Assembly (NCBI GenBank): GCA_011525685.1
Contig: WYBW01000049.1
Location: forward strand, 40,280-104,279
Length of the DNA: 64,000 bases
Direction of reading: 5' to 3'
DNA from: Verrucomicrobiia bacterium
Lineage (GTDB): Bacteria; Verrucomicrobiota; Verrucomicrobiia; Limisphaerales; JADLHS01
A program made the position numbers and the translations under genes. This document shows positions 7,801 to 13,767 of this stretch, piece by piece. The notes under the pieces are model-generated. The model was not told the DNA's origin and did no database searches. It saw only the letters and a list, made by a program, of their open reading frames with translations. Numbering within the stretch: the stretch's first letter is position 1; the number at the start of each line of letters is the position of its first letter.

Positions 7801-8422
7801 CGAGCTACCCCCTATGACCATGAAACACACTATGACAACCACGCCTCAAACTCTAACCATTGACATCCTCACGGAAGACGGATCGCGCACGCGGTTCGTG
7901 CAGCCGGACGAGGCCAGCGCGAAAAGAACGTTGCGCCAGTTGGTGTCACCGCGGCTCTTTACTCCGCCCCTGCTTACGTTGGCTTCCGAGCACAGCACGA
8001 GCGCCATTCCCACCCGGACCATTGATGTCATCCTGGCCCACACGGCATCGCCGCCTCCGTTGCCGTTGCCCAGCGGGTGGGTGGATGCGGTTGAAGTCAC
8101 CGACGAGGCGTTGACGCCGCTTGAGACCCTGCGTGCGGCCGCCGCGGCGGAAGGCAGGCATGTGATGCTGGCGGAAGTTCATACACTGGGAGATTGGATG
8201 ATCCGCTTGAAGCTGGAAACCATCCTTCCGGCGACGATCCAGGAAGAGCGCCATCTTTGGAACCATTTTTTGGATTTACCTGCGATTCCGTTTCGTTTGC
8301 AGGCGGGCGGCCTGGGCGCCATCAATCCCGCGAATATCGTGCGCGCGACCGTTTGTCCGCCGGTTGACGGAGCCGCGGAGGCGGCGCTGTCGGCGGATTT
8401 GCTGGAAAGCCTTCGGCCCTGA
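7697..8422 (+). CDS. Uncharacterised protein A, paralog of the 10935-11615 product, with a chimeric 5' end derived from the thioredoxin gene
   Basis: The ORF is intact. Residues 1-33 (MNTSQNNSSIRFVGQADFASETLQVGQ) parallel the Trx N-terminus. An extra base near 7780 then shifts the frame relative to trx. The conserved paralog region starts near MTMKHTMTT (alternative starts at 7814, 7820 and 7832). Confidence 0.6.
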   Translation: MNTSQNNSSIRFVGQADFASETLQVGQTSSGGVHGELPPMTMKHTMTTTPQTLTIDILTEDGSRTRFVQPDEASAKRTLRQLVSPRLFTPPLLTLASEHSTSAIPTRTIDVILAHTASPPPLPLPSGWVDAVEVTDEALTPLETLRAAAAAEGRHVMLAEVHTLGDWMIRLKLETILPATIQEERHLWNHFLDLPAIPFRLQAGGLGAINPANIVRATVCPPVDGAAEAALSADLLESLRP

Positions 8423-8437
8423 AGCTGCGAGGCCAAC

Positions 8438-9097
8438 ATGAACGACATCATCGCTTTCACCATTGCCTACGGCGGATTGATCCTGTTCCTGGCCGGTTTC
8501 GCGGAGCAGAGTGGCCTGCCGTTTCCGGGATCGCTGGTCGTCATTGCGGGGGGCGCCCTCGCGGCGGGCGGGAAGTTTGATCTGCTGGCGGTCGTCGGCT
8601 GGACGGCCCTCGGCTGCATCACGGCCGACGCGATCTTGTTCGTTCTCGGAGGCCGCGGCCAGGCGCGCGTGTTCCGGGTGTTTCCCTATTTGCAAACGGT
8701 GCGGGTCAAGCTGGAGCGCGCCACACTCGCCCGGACCCTCCTGCACGGCCTGCGAATGCTCACGGTGGCGAAGTTTGTGCCCTTCGGCCAGGTCGTGGCG
8801 ATGCACGCCGGCGCGTTGCACGTGAGCCGGCGGCGCTTCCTGCTGGTGGATGCGTTCAGTGCGGTGGTTTACGCGGCGGTGTATGCCGCCTTGGGTTATG
8901 CGTTCCACGATCAATTGGAACAGGTCGTGGCCTTCCTGCACCAGCTCGGTACGGTCGCGTGGGTCGGTCTCGCGCTGCTTGCCGGAACCTACGGCGTTTA
9001 TCGTTTGCTCAAGCGCGGTCGCAAAACGGCGACCGCCAACCCCGACCATGCGGAGGAGTCCAAAGCCGAAGGAAACCTATGTCTTCCCTGTTCATAA
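8438..9097 (+). CDS. DedA/SNARE-associated family membrane protein
   Basis: The N-terminal motif FAEQSGLPFPGSLVVIAGGALA and multiple hydrophobic segments are typical of DedA. Confidence 0.85.
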   Translation: MNDIIAFTIAYGGLILFLAGFAEQSGLPFPGSLVVIAGGALAAGGKFDLLAVVGWTALGCITADAILFVLGGRGQARVFRVFPYLQTVRVKLERATLARTLLHGLRMLTVAKFVPFGQVVAMHAGALHVSRRRFLLVDAFSAVVYAAVYAALGYAFHDQLEQVVAFLHQLGTVAWVGLALLAGTYGVYRLLKRGRKTATANPDHAEESKAEGNLCLPCS

Positions 9098-9630
9098 TTT
9101 CCGCACTCTATGTTGGCGTTGTTTTTCTGTCAGGCTACGAACCTCATGACAGGGCGGATTTCGAATGTGTAACGCACTGATTCGGAGACAGCGGTATGAT
9201 CACACACCATCGAAACAACGGCCAGCAGTTCACAACGGAGCGGCGCTTGAACGTGCATCCATGGACGGAGGATTCTGAGCGACGCCGGCGCGACCATGGG
9301 AGCGACAGCGCCCCGCGCCGCCCGGGGTCCGGACGCCTGCATTGGGAGATGCTCCTGATCTGGGCCTTTGTGGTTTTCAGCTTTGCGGCGAGCTTCTTCT
9401 GCCTTTGGGCCATCTCCGCGAAATGCAATGGCGACTGGCCTCTCTGAGCTTCGCGGCGCCATTGGGAATCCTGAGTTAACCCTACCATGAATGTCCGAAG
9501 ATTCATCCCCAGGTCAGAAGCGAAGGCGAACCGACATTGTGGCCTCGCGTGCGGTCAGCGCAGCGAGCGTTGCCCTCTCAATCCGCTAATCGTCTAACCA
9601 GCACACCCAACGACTGAAAGGATTTCGTTG

Positions 9631-10047
9631 ATGTCATACTCCATAAATCCAGTTGGCGAAGACCGGTGCGTCTTCCTGTCCTACGAAGGCGAGGTGCCGG
9701 CCGTGGAGTTGTCCGCCGCCCGTTACGAGGCGGACGCCCTCTTGGACCAACGGCAATGGCACCGCCTCATCGTGGACGTCACGCAGTTGCAGTCAATGCC
9801 CCGGACGGCAGAACTGATTGACTTTGCCGGCGGGTTATCCGCGACCGTCTCCCGGGCCAGGCGGGTGGGACTGGTGGTCCGCCCCGAGCAGGACCGTCTG
9901 GCCCGGCTCATTCAAAAGGTCGCCCGCCGCGGGCGGTTGTTCCTCACCTCCTTTCTGGACCCGGCCAAGGCGATCCGTTGGGTGAAGCAATCCACACCCG
10001 CCAGGCAAAATTTGGGGAGCATCCGGAAGGAGCAACTGGCATCATGA
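9631..10047 (+). CDS. STAS/SpoIIAA-like domain protein
   Basis: The pattern is CVFLSYEGEVPAVEL...WHRLIVDVTQLQSMP...RVGLVVRPEQ...FLD. AAAGGA lies upstream of the ATG. The family assignment rests on pattern only. Confidence 0.6.
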   Translation: MSYSINPVGEDRCVFLSYEGEVPAVELSAARYEADALLDQRQWHRLIVDVTQLQSMPRTAELIDFAGGLSATVSRARRVGLVVRPEQDRLARLIQKVARRGRLFLTSFLDPAKAIRWVKQSTPARQNLGSIRKEQLAS

Positions 10048-10507
10048 CGCAGCTCACCCAAGCCTTGTCGCGGGGCAGCCAGACCCTCCTGCCCGTGACC
10101 CGATGGGAATGTGTCCGATTTGCGCCCGCAATCCAAGGGACGCGAGTCCAGTCCCCTTTTGTTTCGCCGATCTGCTTCCGGCCTCGCTCGGAAGCGCACG
10201 TCACCGAACGCGAGGTTGTATTCGGACGACGCGTCCCGTCGTTTCACCGGATCGGACGATTTCGCGCGGGTTCATGCTTCCGCGCGATCGTAAAAACACC
10301 CGCAAACTCATGACGAAATGAAAATTCGCGAGAGAAACCCATGCGGCACCGCCAAGCCAGCGACCCGCGTCCGACCGTTCCGGGCACGCGGCGAGAATTG
10401 TATCCGCCGCCTGATCGAAGCCGCCAGCGCCGCGCGGGCGGGGGCCGCTCAGATGACCTTGGGTGACTGGCGTGACCTGGAGATGGAAGTGCAACGGAGA
10501 CTCCAAC

Positions 10508-10954
10508 ATGAAATCAAAAAATCTCCAAGCTGATCCCAGGGCCTACGCACAATCCTTGAACAGGGTCCCCGTGTGCCGGCGGCGCATGGCAAACACGGAC
10601 GGGTTTCCCCCCGTGGATGTGTCCGATACGGGCGAAGAGTACTTGTTCGAGTTCGACTTGCCGGGCCTGAAGCTGGATGACCTCCAGATCAGTCGCGATG
10701 ACGCGACGCTGTATCTCGAGGGCGAGCGCCCGACCCGGCGGTGCGGCGGACAAAGTCTGCGATCCGAGCGCCCGGCCGGGGTCTTCGCGCGCCGACTGCC
10801 CCAGCCGGCGGATGCTTGCGCCGACGAGATTCACGCGATCCTGCAAGACGGAGTTTTGGAACTGCACGTTCCCCGGAGGCTGCCGCCGGATGAAAACGGC
10901 AGGTCAAACATCATCCCATTCAAGGAGACACATTATGAACACACCCACAGTTGA
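10508..10954 (+). CDS. Hsp20/alpha-crystallin small heat-shock protein
   Basis: Alpha-crystallin domain: PPVDVSDTGEEYLFEFDLPGLKLDDLQISRDDATLYLEGER...RSERPAGVFARRLPQPAD...AILQDGVLELHVPR. GGAGA lies 8 nt upstream of the ATG at 10508. An alternative start is at 10586. Confidence 0.85.
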   Translation: MKSKNLQADPRAYAQSLNRVPVCRRRMANTDGFPPVDVSDTGEEYLFEFDLPGLKLDDLQISRDDATLYLEGERPTRRCGGQSLRSERPAGVFARRLPQPADACADEIHAILQDGVLELHVPRRLPPDENGRSNIIPFKETHYEHTHS

Positions 10955-11615
10955 CATGACTGCAAACCCAATTGACCTCACTCTCGAGCTTCGTGCCGCG
11001 AACGGATCCTCGACGGAATTCTATGAGTCCGATGAGGACCGCGTCCGCGAAGCGCTCCGACTGCTGGCGGCGCCGCAGTTGTTCGCCCAGGACCACCTGC
11101 TGCTGGCCTCGCAGCACGGCGCCAGCATGATTCCATGCAAGGGCATTGACATGATCCTCGTCCGCACCTTCGCGCGCGCGCCCCTGAAATTCCCGCTGAA
11201 TCTCCCCCAGGGCCGGTTTGACATCGTGGAACGGCCGGAAGCCTGGCCGGACAAAACATCGGTGGCAACGGATGGTCCGGGTGGGCCGCCGCCCGGCCAG
11301 CCGCGCCGGCGCAGCTTGCAGGTGGAGATCCATACGCTCGGCGGCTGGACGGTCACCCTGAAAGCGGTGGCGATGATTCGCGGAAATTCCCAGGACGAGC
11401 GCCAGTTGTTCGCGCATTTGCCGGAGGTGCCGACTCTTCCCTTCCGTCTGGAGGAAGGCGGCTTCGGCCTCATCAACACCGCCAACATCATCCGTGCGCA
11501 CGCCTGGCCCAAACCCGCGGCGCTCCCCGGCATCGTGCTGCCCCTTGCCTTGCGCCGATGGACTCCGTCGCGTGTCCACAATCCGGCGAATCTCTCTGAG
11601 GTAACTTCATCATGA
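10935..11615 (+). CDS. Uncharacterised protein B, paralog of protein A, with an apparent internal duplication
   Basis: Two blocks are about 40-45% identical by eye to protein A (LASQHGASMIPCKGIDMILVRT; EIHTLGGWTVTLK...PFRLEEGGFGLINTANIIRAHAWP). AAGGAG lies 7 nt upstream. The start overlaps the hsp20 end by 20 nt. Confidence 0.7.
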   Translation: MNTPTVDMTANPIDLTLELRAANGSSTEFYESDEDRVREALRLLAAPQLFAQDHLLLASQHGASMIPCKGIDMILVRTFARAPLKFPLNLPQGRFDIVERPEAWPDKTSVATDGPGGPPPGQPRRRSLQVEIHTLGGWTVTLKAVAMIRGNSQDERQLFAHLPEVPTLPFRLEEGGFGLINTANIIRAHAWPKPAALPGIVLPLALRRWTPSRVHNPANLSEVTSS

Positions 11616-12103
11616 AAATGACCGCTCAGGAATCCCGGTATTCCGCACCGGGGAATAAATGTTTCCCCACCCGCCTGATTCGCACGTTTCTGGCGGAGGA
11701 CTCTCCCATGCTCATGGTGTTGCTGGCCAGAATCGTCTCCAAGGACGAGCGGGTTTTCATCGTTGGCTCGGCGGTGGATGGCCTCAAAGCCGTCGGCCAT
11801 GCACCAGCGCTTCATCCGGATTTGGTCATCACGGACCTGCACATGCCCGGGTTGGACGGCGCGGCAGTCACACGCCGTCTGAAACAACTGCCGAACCCAC
11901 CCATTGTTTTCGTGGTCACCGGCGACGACACCCCGGAAGCCCTCGGCAGGTGTCTGGCCGCCGGCGCCGACACATTCCTGGTGAAGACCGGGAATCTCGT
12001 CCCGCGGCTGCGCTCCGCCATCCAGGAGTTTTTTCCCGGCGATCCCGAACCAAACGACCTCGAACCCAAACACGATCGTGAAACCCTCACCACAGTCGCA
12101 TAA
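11612..12103 (+). CDS. Stand-alone CheY-like response-regulator receiver protein
   Basis: Receiver motifs: FLAEDS, the phospho-acceptor context LVITDLHMPGLDG, VVTG and FLVKT. No output domain. An ATGA overlap links it to the upstream gene. Confidence 0.85.
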   Translation: MKMTAQESRYSAPGNKCFPTRLIRTFLAEDSPMLMVLLARIVSKDERVFIVGSAVDGLKAVGHAPALHPDLVITDLHMPGLDGAAVTRRLKQLPNPPIVFVVTGDDTPEALGRCLAAGADTFLVKTGNLVPRLRSAIQEFFPGDPEPNDLEPKHDRETLTTVA

Positions 12104-12155
12104 AGCCGCGCCTGCCGCCGACGGGAACTCGAACCTCTTGGGACGCCGTGGCGAA

Positions 12156-12365
12156 ATGCACCAGACGTGCGCGCAGTGTCATGCGACCATTTTGGACGGC
12201 CAGTGGTTTTGTCGGTTGCCCGGGAACGAGCTGCCGACGTTGCTTTGTTCCTCGTCCTGCGCGCTTCGCTACTTCGACCGTTCCCACACACAAAGCAATG
12301 GCTGGGACAAGCTTTGGGACGCGCACGAACACCGGTTTGGCTCTTTCATGAAAGGAGAGTTGTGA
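12156..12365 (+). CDS. Small TRASH-type zinc-ribbon protein
   Basis: CAQC-x22-CSSSC fits the TRASH consensus C-X2-C-X19-22-C-X3-C and is followed by ALRYF. An alternative GTG start at 12078 would overlap the receiver gene. Confidence 0.6.
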   Translation: MHQTCAQCHATILDGQWFCRLPGNELPTLLCSSSCALRYFDRSHTQSNGWDKLWDAHEHRFGSFMKGEL

Positions 12366-13759
12366 TCTTGAAGCGTATTCCTTCAGTTCTAATCACTCTG
12401 CTGCTCGTCAGCGGTTGCGCCCACTATCCGCGCAACGCCCGGTTGACCAGGAGCGAGCCTGCCGCCGGCTATCGGTTTCGTCCCACCACCTCGCCCACCA
12501 ATTCCTCCGACCTGCTCCTGATGCTGGCTTTCTCCGGCGGCGGCACCCGCGCCGCCGCTTTGGCTTACGGAGTGTTGGAGGAACTGGCGCGCACGCCTTT
12601 GGGCGCGGAGGCAACCCAACACCGGATGCTCGATGAGGTGGACATCATCTCCTCCGTGTCCGGCGGCAGTTTCACCGCCGCGTACTACGCCCGGTGGGGC
12701 GACCGCATTTTCTTGGACTTCGAATCTGAGTTTCTCAAGAAGAACGTCCAGAACGCTCTGCTGCTCCGCGTTCTGTCGCCTTGGAATCAAGTCCGGCTGG
12801 CTTCGCCCAAATTCAATCGGACCGACCTGGCGGCGGAGTATTATGATCGCCGGCTGTTCCAAGGGGCGACGTATGCAGAGTTGCCGGGCGACCGTCCCTT
12901 TCTCTGTATCAATGCCACGGACACCGCCTCCGGCGCACGGTTCGAGTTCACCCAGGACCAATTCGATCTGCTGCAGTCGGACTTGGGACCATTCCCAATC
13001 GCGCGGGCGGTGGCCGCCTCCTCGGCGTTTCCCGTGCTCCTGACGCCGGTGGTTTTGAAGAACTATTCTGCTGAACATCCCCGACCTGAACCGGAGTGGA
13101 TCACCTCCATCCTGGACAGCCCAACCGCCTCCACTCGCCTCAAATATCTGGCGGCCCAGGCCCGCTCTTACGGAGACGCGGACCGACGGTTCATCCATCT
13201 GCTCGATGGCGGAATCTCCGACAATCTCGGCTTGCGGGGTGCCCTGGATCGGGTGATCGCCCGCGAACAGTTTGCCGAAATTCCCAGTGTGCCGTGGCAG
13301 CTTCCCCGCCGCGTGGCGATTGTCGTCGTCAACGCGCACAAGGACTCCGATTACGGCTGGGACTCCCAAGAAAGCCCGTTGAGCCGGGTCAAGTTGTTCA
13401 GCTCGCTCAGCCACGTGGCGGTGAGTCATTATTCCTTCGAGACCCTCGAATTGTTCCGCGAAGTCATGGCACGCCTGGGGCAGGAGTACACCGGCACGGG
13501 CGATTCCGCGCCGGCCGCAGTCGTCCCCTATGTCATCGAACTGCACTTCAATCAATTGGCCGATGCGTCCGACCGCCGCTTCTTCAATTCCGTGCCCACG
13601 ACGTTCGCGCTCCCGTCCAAGACGGTGGATCGCCTGCGTCAATTAGCCGCTCGCGAACTCGCCGATAACGCGGAATTCCGACGATTGGTCAGCGACCTCG
13701 GGGGCCAGCCAGATGCAACGAATTTACCTGCCCGCCTTTCCCCACCCACCACGGAATAA
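12362..13759 (+). CDS. Patatin-like phospholipase, predicted lipoprotein
   Basis: From the GTG at 12362 the N-terminus reads ILKRIPSVLITLLLVSGC (lipobox). Oxyanion motif FSGGGTRAAA, nucleophile elbow VSGGS, and Asp motif LLDGGISDNLG. A GTGA overlap links it to the TRASH gene. Confidence 0.85.
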   Translation: MILKRIPSVLITLLLVSGCAHYPRNARLTRSEPAAGYRFRPTTSPTNSSDLLLMLAFSGGGTRAAALAYGVLEELARTPLGAEATQHRMLDEVDIISSVSGGSFTAAYYARWGDRIFLDFESEFLKKNVQNALLLRVLSPWNQVRLASPKFNRTDLAAEYYDRRLFQGATYAELPGDRPFLCINATDTASGARFEFTQDQFDLLQSDLGPFPIARAVAASSAFPVLLTPVVLKNYSAEHPRPEPEWITSILDSPTASTRLKYLAAQARSYGDADRRFIHLLDGGISDNLGLRGALDRVIAREQFAEIPSVPWQLPRRVAIVVVNAHKDSDYGWDSQESPLSRVKLFSSLSHVAVSHYSFETLELFREVMARLGQEYTGTGDSAPAAVVPYVIELHFNQLADASDRRFFNSVPTTFALPSKTVDRLRQLAARELADNAEFRRLVSDLGGQPDATNLPARLSPPTTE

Positions 13760-13767
13760 ATCCATTT

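Noticed and set aside
10478-10493. A sigma-54-like element, TGGAGATGGAAGTGCA, upstream of hsp20.
   Set aside because: The GG-N10-GC register is right, but positions 4-5 deviate from the consensus. The element also sits only 15 nt from the best hsp20 start and overlaps its GGAGA ribosome-binding site. It would only make sense with the weaker start at 10586.
10318-10533. A 71-aa ORF (MKIRERNPCGTAKP...LGDWRDLEMEVQRRLQ) upstream of hsp20.
   Set aside because: It has no motif and no ribosome-binding site, it overlaps the hsp20 start, and it is Arg/Ala-rich in composition. It is more likely noncoding leader sequence.
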